26,788 nt of DNA from an uncultured Janthinobacterium sp. (lineage in GTDB: Bacteria > Vulcanimicrobiota > Vulcanimicrobiia > Vulcanimicrobiales > Vulcanimicrobiaceae): positions 1-26,788 of the forward strand of contig CAZZXB010000024.1 of the NCBI GenBank assembly GCA_964658025.1, given 5' to 3'. A model generated the notes under the pieces. The model was not told the DNA's origin. It ran no database searches and saw nothing but the letters and a program-made list of their open reading frames with translations. Shown one piece after another: positions 1 to 8,541 of the stretch. A program made the translations under genes and the position numbers. The number at the start of each line of letters is the position of its first letter. Position 1 is the stretch's first letter.

Positions 1-1
1 C

Positions 2-235
2 GCGATGTCCGGCTCGAGCGATGCGAATTCCGGTGGATCGGACGCATCGAACTCCGGCGGGAGCGGCCCGAGTTCCGCGGGATCGCATACGTCGAACTCC
101 GGCGGTGCGAACGGTTCGTCGGCCGGCGCGAATAACGCGAATTCCGGCGGCGGCACGAGCGGGTCGAGTTCGGCCGGATCCGGCGGATCGGGCGGTAGCG
201 GCGGCTCCGGTGGTACGGGCGGCGGCGGCCGGTAA
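2..235 (+). CDS. 3' end of a gene truncated by the window edge; Gly/Ser/Asn-rich low-complexity C-terminal tail
   Basis: Frame is open from the window start to TAA at 233-235. Translation shows alternating NSGG and SSAG units followed by (SGG)4. Product cannot be identified from the tail alone. Confidence 0.65.
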   Translation, partial: AMSGSSDANSGGSDASNSGGSGPSSAGSHTSNSGGANGSSAGANNANSGGGTSGSSSAGSGGSGGSGGSGGTGGGGR

Positions 236-265
236 CGCCGCCGCGCGCCCGGGAACGATCGGCGT

Positions 266-2401
266 CTAGTGGACGAGGAACCCGACGAGTAAGAGCGCGA
301 CGATGTTGAAGACCTTGATCATCGGATTGATCGCCGGGCCCGCGGTGTCTTTGTAGGGATCGCCGACCGTATCGCCCGTCACCGCCGCGGCGTGCGCGGG
401 AGATCCTTTACCGCCGTAGTTACCGTCTTCGATGTACTTCTTCGCGTTGTCCCACGCGCCGCCGCCGCTCGTCATCGCGAGCGCGAGGAAGAGTCCGGTG
501 ACGATCGTGCCGACGAGCGCGCCGCCCATCATCTTCGCGCCGCCGAAATTCGGTAAGACGAACGAGAGCGCGACGATGAGGATCGGCACGCCGATCGGGA
601 TGCATGCGGGCAGGATCATCTCCTTGAGCGCGGCCCGCGTCACGATGTCGACCGTGATCGCGTAATCGGGCTTTTGCGTGTTGAGCATGATCCCCGGCAT
701 CTCGCGGAACTGGCGACGGACTTCCTCGACGACCGCGCCGCCCGCGCGACCGACCGATTCCATCGAGAGCGACGCGAAGAGGAACGGGCAGAGACCGCCG
801 ACGAGCAGACCCGTGAGCACGTACGGATCGCCGATGTTGAAGAAGGCGGCGAACGCGCTCGGATCGGTCGTGTTGCAGAGCGCGCCCGGTCGCAGGTGGC
901 ATTTATCGGAGAGCTCTTGCAAGAACGATGCGAAGAGAACGACCGCGGCGAGTCCGGCCGAGCCGATCGCGTAACCCTTCGTGACGGCCTTCGTCGTGTT
1001 GCCGACGGCGTCGAGAGGATCCGTCACGTTGCGAACGGCCTCGGGCATCTCGGCCATCTCGGCGATGCCGCCGGCGTTATCGGTGATCGGACCGAACGAG
1101 TCGATCGCGACGATGATCCCGGCCATCGAGAGCATCGCCATGACGGCGATGCCGACGCCGTAGAGCCCCGCGAGCCCGTTCGCGACGAGGATGCCGACGA
1201 CGATCGTGATCGCGGGTAGCGCGGTCGCCTGCATCGAGACCGCGAGGCCGCTGATGATGTTCGTGGCGTGCCCCGTGACCGACGCGGCCGCGATGTTCTT
1301 GACCGGCGCGAATTGCGTGCCGGTGTAGATCTCCGTGATGTACGTGATGAGTCCGGTCACCGCGAGCCCGACGAGCGCGCAGATCCAGATCCCGACCGCG
1401 CCGATCGCCATTCCGCTCGAGGTCGTGACGCCGCCCGAGAACTCCGCGACCGTCACGAAATAGAACGCGATCGCGGAGAGGACGCCCGCGACGATGAGAC
1501 CGCGATAGAGCGCGCCCATGATCGCCGAGCCCTTCTTCGAATCGCCGCTCATCCGCACGAAGAGCGTGCCGACGATCGACGCGACGATCGACACCGCGCC
1601 GAGCACGAGCGGGAAGGTCGTCGCGCTCTCGAGCGATTTTCCGAGCACGAGGTGTCCGAGCAGCATCGCGGCGACCGTCGTGACGACGTACGTCTCGAAC
1701 AGGTCGGCCGCCATGCCCGCGCAATCGCCGACGTTATCGGCGATGACGGCCGGATTGCGCGGATCGTCCTCGGGGATTCCCGCTTCGACCTTCCCGACGA
1801 GATCGGCGCCGACGTCGGCGGCCTTCGTGAAGATGCCGCCGCCGAGTCGTGCGAACACGGAGATGAGCGAGCATCCGAACGCGAGCCCGACGAGCGCGCC
1901 GAGCGAATCGCTCACGGGCGAAGCCGCATTCGCGTTGAGGTTGAGGACGATCGCGTAGTATCCGCTAACGGCGAAGAGTCCGAGACCGACCACGAGCAGA
2001 CCCGTAACCGCACCTCCGCGGAACGCGAGCGAGAGCGCGGGGCCGATCCCGGCGCGCGCCGCTTCGGCGGTGCGCACGTTCGCGCGCACGGAGACGAGCA
2101 TGCCGATGAATCCCGCGCCGCCCGAAAGGATCGCGCCGATCGCAAAACCGATCGCGGCCTCCCAACCGAGCGGCGCCGGCGCGATGCCGATCAACACGAA
2201 CAACACGACCGCGACGATGGCGACCGTCGTGTACTGACGTTTGAGGAACGCCATCGCGCCCTCTTGGATCGCCCCCGCGATCTCTTGCATCCGCGCGTTG
2301 CCGGGCGACGCGCTCAGCACGATGCGTATGAGATAGACTCCGTACAAGATGGCCAGCACACCCGCGGCCAGGCCGAGTTCGATCGCAACCGTTGCGTTCA
2401 A
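266..2401 (-). CDS. hppA: Membrane-bound ion-translocating pyrophosphatase, K+-independent H+-PPase type
   Basis: Motifs [50 protein letters not shown] (Lys at the K+-dependence position), [12 protein letters not shown] and [14 protein letters not shown], with many TM segments. Start taken as TTG at 2401 behind an AGGGGA RBS. The ORF-track extension to 3196 is antisense to the next gene. Confidence 0.95.
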   Translation of the reverse strand: MNATVAIELGLAAGVLAILYGVYLIRIVLSASPGNARMQEIAGAIQEGAMAFLKRQYTTVAIVAVVLFVLIGIAPAPLGWEAAIGFAIGAILSGGAGFIGMLVSVRANVRTAEAARAGIGPALSLAFRGGAVTGLLVVGLGLFAVSGYYAIVLNLNANAASPVSDSLGALVGLAFGCSLISVFARLGGGIFTKAADVGADLVGKVEAGIPEDDPRNPAVIADNVGDCAGMAADLFETYVVTTVAAMLLGHLVLGKSLESATTFPLVLGAVSIVASIVGTLFVRMSGDSKKGSAIMGALYRGLIVAGVLSAIAFYFVTVAEFSGGVTTSSGMAIGAVGIWICALVGLAVTGLITYITEIYTGTQFAPVKNIAAASVTGHATNIISGLAVSMQATALPAITIVVGILVANGLAGLYGVGIAVMAMLSMAGIIVAIDSFGPITDNAGGIAEMAEMPEAVRNVTDPLDAVGNTTKAVTKGYAIGSAGLAAVVLFASFLQELSDKCHLRPGALCNTTDPSAFAAFFNIGDPYVLTGLLVGGLCPFLFASLSMESVGRAGGAVVEEVRRQFREMPGIMLNTQKPDYAITVDIVTRAALKEMILPACIPIGVPILIVALSFVLPNFGGAKMMGGALVGTIVTGLFLALAMTSGGGAWDNAKKYIEDGNYGGKGSPAHAAAVTGDTVGDPYKDTAGPAINPMIKVFNIVALLLVGFLVH

Positions 2402-2548
2402 GCGCTCATCCCCTAAAATCTTTTTCACGCGAAGACGGCTCCGTTGAAACTCGGAGCCACGAAGGTTTCGCGTTACGCCCCGTGCGGCGCGGCTCCTTGT
2501 TCGATCGCGCGCGGAGAACCGGTCGCGAACGCGAAGTGTGGGTCGGTC

Positions 2549-3745
2549 ATGCAAGAGGTGGAATTTCTCGTGGTCGGATGCGGTCCGGCGGGCGGCACGG
2601 CCGCACGCGAGGCCGCCCGGTCGGGCGTCGACACGCTCGTTCTCGAGCGCGATCCGGTCGTCGGCGTGAAGCGCGTTTGCGCGGCGGGACTGAGGCCGGG
2701 CTTCTGCGAGAACATGAACCTGCCGCAGACGATCTTGCACTGCAACCCGCCGACCGTCTCGCTCCACGGGCCTTCGGGTCGGCGCGTCGACGTCGCCGTC
2801 GGAACCGCGCACACGACGACGCGCGAGGAACTCGACGGAACGATCGCGGCCGAAGCGCGTAAGGAAGGCGCGGAGATCCGCACGTCGTCGCTGTTCCGGG
2901 GCTTCCGTCGCGACGGCGAACGGACGGTCGTCGACTACGCCGACATGCGCACGGGCGAACGCCGCAGCGTACGCGCGCGTTCGGTGTTGCTCGCGCAGGG
3001 TTCGAGCGCGCGCTTCGAGCCGCGCTCGGCGTTGGGATACGAACCCTGGAGCGACGGGCTCATCACGTGCTATCAATATCGGGTGTATCCGGAGCGCCGG
3101 GCCAGCGACGAAGCGTACCGCGTTCTCGAGATGCACTATTACAAGAGCGCCTCCGGGCGGAACGTGATCGCGTGGATGTTCCCCAAGCGCGACCACCTCT
3201 CGATCGGTCTCGGGATCAACGGGAAGGTCTCGGGGAAAGACCTACGCGCGGAGCTCGACGCGTTCTTACCGACGGTGCAGATGCGGCTGTTCCCGAGCGT
3301 GCCGTTCGCCGTCCGCGAAGAGGGGAATCTGCTCTACGGCGGCGCGCCGCGTCCGACCGTCAGCGACGGCGACGTCATGGTCGCCGGGACGGCGGCGGGG
3401 CTCGTCGACGCGACCACGGGCGAGGGCATCCACGAGGCCGCGATGTCCGGTCGATTCGCCGCGCAAGCCGTCGCCGACGCGCGTGCCGGACGGACGAACG
3501 CTCCGGCGCAGCAATACGAGCGAACGCTCAAATCGATCTTCTACGGTCGGCTCCGGCACCGACACAAGCTGATGGCGTTTCTCGAACGGCGGCCGCAACG
3601 CTTCGACGTGCTCTTCGACCAATTCGAGCGCTCGCCGCGGCTCGCGCGTATGATCCAACGCGATCGTAACGATTTCTCGCTCGGCGAATGGGGTTACCTC
3701 ATCTCGCAGGCGGCGCTCTTCTCCGCGCGTGCCGCTCGCGCGTGA
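2549..3745 (+). CDS. FAD-dependent oxidoreductase, geranylgeranyl reductase family
   Basis: N-terminal [12 protein letters not shown]...LVLER FAD-binding motif, KRVCAAG, WMFPK, and [23 protein letters not shown] (family GDAAG..P.TGEGI motif). ATG at 2549. Confidence 0.85.
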   Translation: MQEVEFLVVGCGPAGGTAAREAARSGVDTLVLERDPVVGVKRVCAAGLRPGFCENMNLPQTILHCNPPTVSLHGPSGRRVDVAVGTAHTTTREELDGTIAAEARKEGAEIRTSSLFRGFRRDGERTVVDYADMRTGERRSVRARSVLLAQGSSARFEPRSALGYEPWSDGLITCYQYRVYPERRASDEAYRVLEMHYYKSASGRNVIAWMFPKRDHLSIGLGINGKVSGKDLRAELDAFLPTVQMRLFPSVPFAVREEGNLLYGGAPRPTVSDGDVMVAGTAAGLVDATTGEGIHEAAMSGRFAAQAVADARAGRTNAPAQQYERTLKSIFYGRLRHRHKLMAFLERRPQRFDVLFDQFERSPRLARMIQRDRNDFSLGEWGYLISQAALFSARAARA

Positions 3746-3836
3746 TCGGCTCGCACGCGCCCACGGCGGGTCCGCCCCCGCTTTAGATGGCGGGGTGGCA
3801 AGATTCACCTATGGCGTGTGGTGAATACCAACGACC

Positions 3837-4661
3837 TTGAAAGTCGAGACGCGCTCGCAATACGTCGTCGCCGGGACGGCGTACTCGCGGCAAGAGGTCA
3901 TCCACCGCTACATTCACCTCGTGAAGTACGTAGCCGGGCGTATCTCTGTCAACCTGCCGCCCAACGTCGAGCTCAACGATCTGATCAACGACGGGGTCGT
4001 CGGCTTGATCGACGCGATCGAAAAATACGACGACGATCGCGGCGTGAAATTCGAGACGTACGCGATCACGCGCATCCACGGTGCGATCATCGACGCGCTC
4101 CGCGCGCTCGATTGGGTGCCGCGGGCCGTCCGTCAGAAAGCGCGCGAACTCGAGCGCACGCAACACGAACTCGAAGCGGAGCTCGGTCGCCAGCCGTCCG
4201 ACGACGAGGTCGCGGCGAAACTCGGCGTTCCGCGTAAGGACCTCGACCAACTCCAACAACGCGTGCGCGGCACGTCCGTGCTCTCGCTCGAAGAACGCCT
4301 GCCGAGCGATCGCGGGAACGACATCCCGTTACTCGATACCTTGCGCGGCGACGATTCGGACCTCGGGCACGACGTCGAGAAGCGCGAGATCCGCGAAGAA
4401 CTCGTACGCGGCGTCGAGTCGCTCTCGCAACAAGAGCGGACCGTCATCACGCTCTATTACTTCGAAGGTCAGACGCTCAAGGACATCAAGGCCGTCCTCG
4501 GCGTCTCGGAATCGCGCGTCTCGCAGATCCACGCGCAAGCGGTGATCCATCTGCGTCAGAGACTGCGGACGTTGCGTACCGATCTCGGATTCCGCGAGAA
4601 CGATCCCACCGTCAAGCAAAAATACGTCCGTCGCCCGTCGGAGCGCGATACGGCCGACTGA
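3837..4661 (+). CDS. fliA: FliA/WhiG family (sigma-28) RNA polymerase sigma factor
   Basis: LVKYVAGRI, DLINDGVVGLIDAIEKYD, FETYAITRIHGAIIDALRALDWVPR, LYYFEGQTLKDI and LGVSESRVSQIH. TTG start. Confidence 0.9.
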   Translation: MKVETRSQYVVAGTAYSRQEVIHRYIHLVKYVAGRISVNLPPNVELNDLINDGVVGLIDAIEKYDDDRGVKFETYAITRIHGAIIDALRALDWVPRAVRQKARELERTQHELEAELGRQPSDDEVAAKLGVPRKDLDQLQQRVRGTSVLSLEERLPSDRGNDIPLLDTLRGDDSDLGHDVEKREIREELVRGVESLSQQERTVITLYYFEGQTLKDIKAVLGVSESRVSQIHAQAVIHLRQRLRTLRTDLGFRENDPTVKQKYVRRPSERDTAD

Positions 4662-4707
4662 TCCGCGGGCGAAAGCATCCTGCGGGTCGGACGGCGAACG
4701 ACCGGCG

Positions 4708-7700
4708 ATGTTCGTCCATCGCTTGAAATTGCGACGGCCGCAACCGTTGCCGATGTGGATCGAACGCGCCGCCCTCGAACCGCATTTCGAGGACGGCGTC
4801 TCCGTCGTGTCCGTCGTCGCGGGACCCGGTTATGGGAAGACCGTGCTCGCCGGGCAGTTCGCCGAACGTTGGACGGGGACGGCGCTTTGGTACGGCCTCG
4901 ATCAGAGCGACGGCGATCTCTCGGTCTTCGCCGCGCACCTCGACGCGATGTTGCGCACGGGTTCGGGCGACGCGAACGCGGAGCCGCGCGCGCAACCGTC
5001 GTCGGCTCGGGAGATCGGACGATATTTCGCGGAGGCGTTACTCGACGTCGATCGGCCGCTCGTCGTGTTCGACGACGTCCACGTCCTCGAAGACGCGCGC
5101 GCGCTCGCGGCGCTCGGCGAGTTCGTGGAGCGAGGCGTGCGGGCCGGCGCGCGCTTCGTCCTATGCGGTCGCGCGATGCCCGTGCCGCTGCACCAGCATG
5201 CCGCGAGCGGGCGGCTCGCGACATTCGGTCCGGGCGATCTCGCGTTCGACGAAGATCAGTCGACGCGTTACCTCGAACGGGCGCGCGTCGATCGTCGCGA
5301 TGCGGGCGCGGTCGCGTCGCTCGCGCGCAGTGCGGAAGGGTGGCCCGCCGGGCTCGCGCTCATCGCCTCCGCCCCCGTCGTCGCGGAATCGATCCCGTTC
5401 GCGCTCGCGGAATCGGGCGACGAGACGCGCCGGTTCCTATTCGACTATTTAGCGGCCGAGGTGCTGAGCGCGCTCGCCGAACCGGAGCGACGCTTCTTAC
5501 TCCAGACGTCGATCCTCGAAGAACTGGAGAGCGCGACCTGCGACGCGCTGGTCGGCACGACCGACGGTGCGGCGTATCTCGCTTCGTTCGCACGACGCGG
5601 GCTCTTCGTCACGCGGCGCGCGGAAGGCGCGTATACGGCGCACCAGCTCTTCCGCGCGTTCCTCCGCCACGAACTCGCGCGGACGTACGACGCGGCCGCG
5701 ATCTCCGCGTTGCACGCGCGCGCCGCCGACGAAGCGTTACGGCGGGGCGACGCGCCGGGCGCGATCGCCCATCTCCTCGAGAGCGGCGACGCGGAGCGCG
5801 CGGCGGACGTCTTCGAGACGAACGTCTTCGCCATGCTCTCGACCGGAATGCTCGCGCGGGCCGGTGCGTTCTTCGCGCGTTTCGACGACGCGCGGATCGC
5901 CGCGAGCGCGACCCTGCTCACGGCGCGCGGTCGCCTCCAGCAACTGCGCGGCGATTGGGGCGCCGCGTTCGGAACGCTCGAGCACGCGATCGCCGCGGCG
6001 CGCGCGTCGGGCGAGACGGACGTGCTCGCGGAGGCGGTCCGCGTGCTCTCGCCGATCCTCGCGTCGCGCGGCCAATCCGATCGCTTGCGGACGTTACTCG
6101 AAGACACGCTCGCCGAACCGCTTTCGGATATCGGGCGGGCGACGCTCTCGCTCACGCTCGGCGCGGTCCACCTCGAAGCCGGACGGACCGACGACGCGCT
6201 CGATCTCTTCGCGCTCGCGCTCCCGCTCGTCGTGGCGCGCGGCGATCTCGGACTGCAGGGGATGGTGCTCCACAATCGCGGCGTGGCGCATCTACGGCGC
6301 GGCGATCCGCTCGCGGCACTCGCGACGTACGAGCGCGCGCTCGCGGTGAAACGGCGCGCGCGCCAACGCGTCTCGGCGTTGCTCACGCTCGGAAATCTCG
6401 TCGTCGTGCACCGCATCCTCGGCGAGCTCGAGGCGGCCGAGCGGATCGTGCGCGAGATGCTCGCCGAGGCGCGCGATATCGGGAACGCGACGATGCTCGC
6501 GCACGCCCTCGAAAACCTCGGCGCGATCGAACTCGAACTCGGAAACGTCGATCGTGCCGAAGCGGCGCTCGTCGATTCGCGCGCGGCGTGCGATCCGAGC
6601 GACGTGCTCTTCCTTCCCGATATCGTCCACGGACTCGCCCGGGTCGCCTTCGCGCGAGGCGCGCTCGATCTCGCGGACGCGCGCGCCGTGGAGGCGCTCG
6701 CGATCCTGCGGGTCGCGGAACGACGCGAACCGATGGCGCCCGTCATCGCGACGCGCGCGGCGATCGCGTTCGCGGCGGGCGACCCGATCCGCGCGCGCGC
6801 GTTCGCGGACGAGGCGCTCGCGGCGTCGGCGACCGGGGCCGACGATCTCATCGCGGCGACCGTCGCGATCGACGTCGCGGTCCTCCACGCGCGGCTCGGC
6901 GATCGCGAGCGGAGCGCGCACGTCGTCGCGGACGCGCGCGCGCGGATCGTCGCGCGGGAATACGCGTTCCTCTACCGGACGAAGGCCGCGGCGTTCGCGG
7001 AACTCGGCGCGGAAACGCACGCGAGCGCGGAGGAGGCGGCGCCGCTCGCGATCGCGTTGTTCGGCGGCTTCTCGATCCGCGTCCGCGGCGAAGCGCTCGC
7101 GGCGGATGCGTGGAAGCGACGGAAGGCGCGCGATATCTTCGCCTATCTCGCCTGCGAACGCGGACGCGCGGTGCCTCGCGCGCGGCTGATCGATCTGTTC
7201 TGGCCCGACGTCGAGGCGGACGCCGCGCACGACAACCTCCGCGTGACGATCAGCGCGATCCGCAAGGCCGTCGGCGACGTCGTGAAATTCGAGGCGAGCG
7301 CGTATCGTTTCGTCCCGCCCGCCGGCACCACGAGCGACGTCGCCACGGTCGACGAGGCGCACGCGCGGGCGCGCGCCGCGCTCGCGACCGGTCACGCCGA
7401 GGCGTCGCGACGCGCCTACGCGACGATCGTCCGTGCCTATGCCGGCGATTTGCTCGAGGGCGTCGCGGAGCCGTGGGCGATCCGCGAGCGCGAACGGTTT
7501 CGCGGCATCGCGCTCGAAGCGCTGCGCGCCGTGCTCGCGAGCGAGACGGATCCGGCCGAGCGACGGACGCTCGTCGATCGGATTTTGGAGATCGCGCCGT
7601 TCGACGAGGCCGTGCTCCGCGAACGGCTCGAAGCGCTCGCCGCGGACGCGCGCCTTCCGGACGCGCGCCGCGCGTACGCGTCGTGGCGCGCCCGCTATCG

Positions 7701-7764
7701 GGAAACGCTCGGAGCCGAAGCGCCCGACGTCTGGTCGCCGGAGCGGGCGACGCCCGTCGGCTGA
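4708..7764 (+). CDS. MalT-like STAND ATPase + TPR + winged-helix/BTAD transcriptional regulator
   Basis: Walker A AGPGYGKT, Walker B VVFDDVH, EGWPAGL, LFDYLAAEVL and HQLFRAFL (MalT-like). Central TPR-like repeats. C-terminal LFGGF...WKRRKARDIFAYL...LIDLFWPD...NLRVTISAIRK and YAGDLLEG...W (SARP wHTH + BTAD). Confidence 0.85.
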   Translation: MFVHRLKLRRPQPLPMWIERAALEPHFEDGVSVVSVVAGPGYGKTVLAGQFAERWTGTALWYGLDQSDGDLSVFAAHLDAMLRTGSGDANAEPRAQPSSAREIGRYFAEALLDVDRPLVVFDDVHVLEDARALAALGEFVERGVRAGARFVLCGRAMPVPLHQHAASGRLATFGPGDLAFDEDQSTRYLERARVDRRDAGAVASLARSAEGWPAGLALIASAPVVAESIPFALAESGDETRRFLFDYLAAEVLSALAEPERRFLLQTSILEELESATCDALVGTTDGAAYLASFARRGLFVTRRAEGAYTAHQLFRAFLRHELARTYDAAAISALHARAADEALRRGDAPGAIAHLLESGDAERAADVFETNVFAMLSTGMLARAGAFFARFDDARIAASATLLTARGRLQQLRGDWGAAFGTLEHAIAAARASGETDVLAEAVRVLSPILASRGQSDRLRTLLEDTLAEPLSDIGRATLSLTLGAVHLEAGRTDDALDLFALALPLVVARGDLGLQGMVLHNRGVAHLRRGDPLAALATYERALAVKRRARQRVSALLTLGNLVVVHRILGELEAAERIVREMLAEARDIGNATMLAHALENLGAIELELGNVDRAEAALVDSRAACDPSDVLFLPDIVHGLARVAFARGALDLADARAVEALAILRVAERREPMAPVIATRAAIAFAAGDPIRARAFADEALAASATGADDLIAATVAIDVAVLHARLGDRERSAHVVADARARIVAREYAFLYRTKAAAFAELGAETHASAEEAAPLAIALFGGFSIRVRGEALAADAWKRRKARDIFAYLACERGRAVPRARLIDLFWPDVEADAAHDNLRVTISAIRKAVGDVVKFEASAYRFVPPAGTTSDVATVDEAHARARAALATGHAEASRRAYATIVRAYAGDLLEGVAEPWAIRERERFRGIALEALRAVLASETDPAERRTLVDRILEIAPFDEAVLRERLEALAADARLPDARRAYASWRARYRETLGAEAPDVWSPERATPVG

Positions 7765-7828
7765 TACGCTCGCGTCGGATCGGCGTTTCGAATCGACAGC
7801 CGCACCGACCGCCGGTTCCCGATGGCAA

Positions 7829-7844
7829 TCGAACAGGTGTTCGA
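7829..7844. promoter_or_regulatory. LexA (SOS) box, Gram-positive type, upstream of the AlkB-family gene
   Basis: TCGAAC-AGGT-GTTCGA is a perfect match to CGAAC-N4-GTTCG, 24 nt before a DNA-repair gene. Confidence 0.8.
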
Positions 7845-7868
7845 GTCCGTGCGCCGGAAAACGGTCGC

Positions 7869-8489
7869 GTGTCGCGCGCGCAACGCCTCCGCGGAGGCGC
7901 CGAACAACCGCTCTTCTCGGCGCTCGCGGCCGAGCCGTCGGGTCCGGTGCTCGTCGCGGGGGACGGCGACGTGCGGCTCTATCGTGGGTGGCTCGTTCGC
8001 GAGCGTGCCGACGCGCTGCTCGCCTCGATTCGGGCGACGACCGTCTGGACGCGGGAGCGTCGCAAGATGTACGACCGGTTCGTCGACGTTCCGCGCGAGC
8101 AGGCGTGGTTCGGCGACGACCGCGAGCGGCCGTTCTCGCCCGAACTCGCCCGCGTCCGCGACGAGCTCGTCGCGCTCGTGCGCGCGCCGTTCGCGTTCGT
8201 GCTCCTCAACCGCTATCGCGACGGTCGCGACAGCGTCGCCTGGCACAACGATCGCGACGTCGAGGGGATGCGTCGGCCCACGATCGCGTCGCTCTCGCTC
8301 GGCGCGACGCGGGCGTTCGATCTGCGTCCGAAAGCCGAGCGCGCGCGCGTGGTCTCGGTCGATCTCGACCACGGCGATCTGCTCGTGATGGCGGGCGAGA
8401 CGCAGCGCCGCTTCGAGCACCGCGTCGCGAAGGATCCGCGGATCGCGGGCGAGCGCGTGAACCTCACGTTCCGGGAGCGCCCGGAATGA
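7869..8489 (+). CDS. alkB: AlkB-family 2OG-Fe(II) dioxygenase (ALKBH2/3-like)
   Basis: Real gene hidden at the tail of ORF 4755..8489: VPREQAWFG, LLNRYRDGRDSVAWHND (HxD), IASLSLGATRAF, HGDLLVM, HRVAK and RVNLTFR. GTG start at 7869 inferred. Confidence 0.88.
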   Translation: MSRAQRLRGGAEQPLFSALAAEPSGPVLVAGDGDVRLYRGWLVRERADALLASIRATTVWTRERRKMYDRFVDVPREQAWFGDDRERPFSPELARVRDELVALVRAPFAFVLLNRYRDGRDSVAWHNDRDVEGMRRPTIASLSLGATRAFDLRPKAERARVVSVDLDHGDLLVMAGETQRRFEHRVAKDPRIAGERVNLTFRERPE

Positions 8490-8498
8490 ACGGCGATG

Positions 8499-8512
8499 CG
8501 AACAGGAGTTCG
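8499..8512. promoter_or_regulatory. LexA (SOS) box upstream of ftsY-recA-recX
   Basis: CGAAC-AGGA-GTTCG, a perfect match, in the 52-nt alkB-ftsY gap. Confidence 0.75.
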
Positions 8513-8541
8513 ATCGAGGCCCCCGCAATATCGGTACTCCG

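Noticed and set aside
2402..2548. Fluoride (crcB) riboswitch upstream of hppA
   Set aside because: The GGNGATGGNGTTC...CTNATGA consensus is absent on both strands.
2402..3196. N-terminal 265-aa extension of the hppA ORF
   Set aside because: It is antisense to the GGR-family gene. PPase similarity starts at TTG 2401, which has its own RBS.
2549..3745. Calling the reductase bchP (phototrophy marker)
   Set aside because: It lacks the typical KPCGG motif and has no photosynthesis genes nearby, so only a family-level call is supported.
4708..7764. Avs-type antiphage STAND system
   Set aside because: There is no nuclease, TIR, SIR2 or protease effector. The output is wHTH-BTAD and the context is housekeeping.
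4755..7868. 1244-aa Arg-rich ORF suggesting a giant AlkB fusion
   Set aside because: It is an off-frame shadow of the STAND gene in GC-rich DNA. Only 7869-8489 is protein-like.
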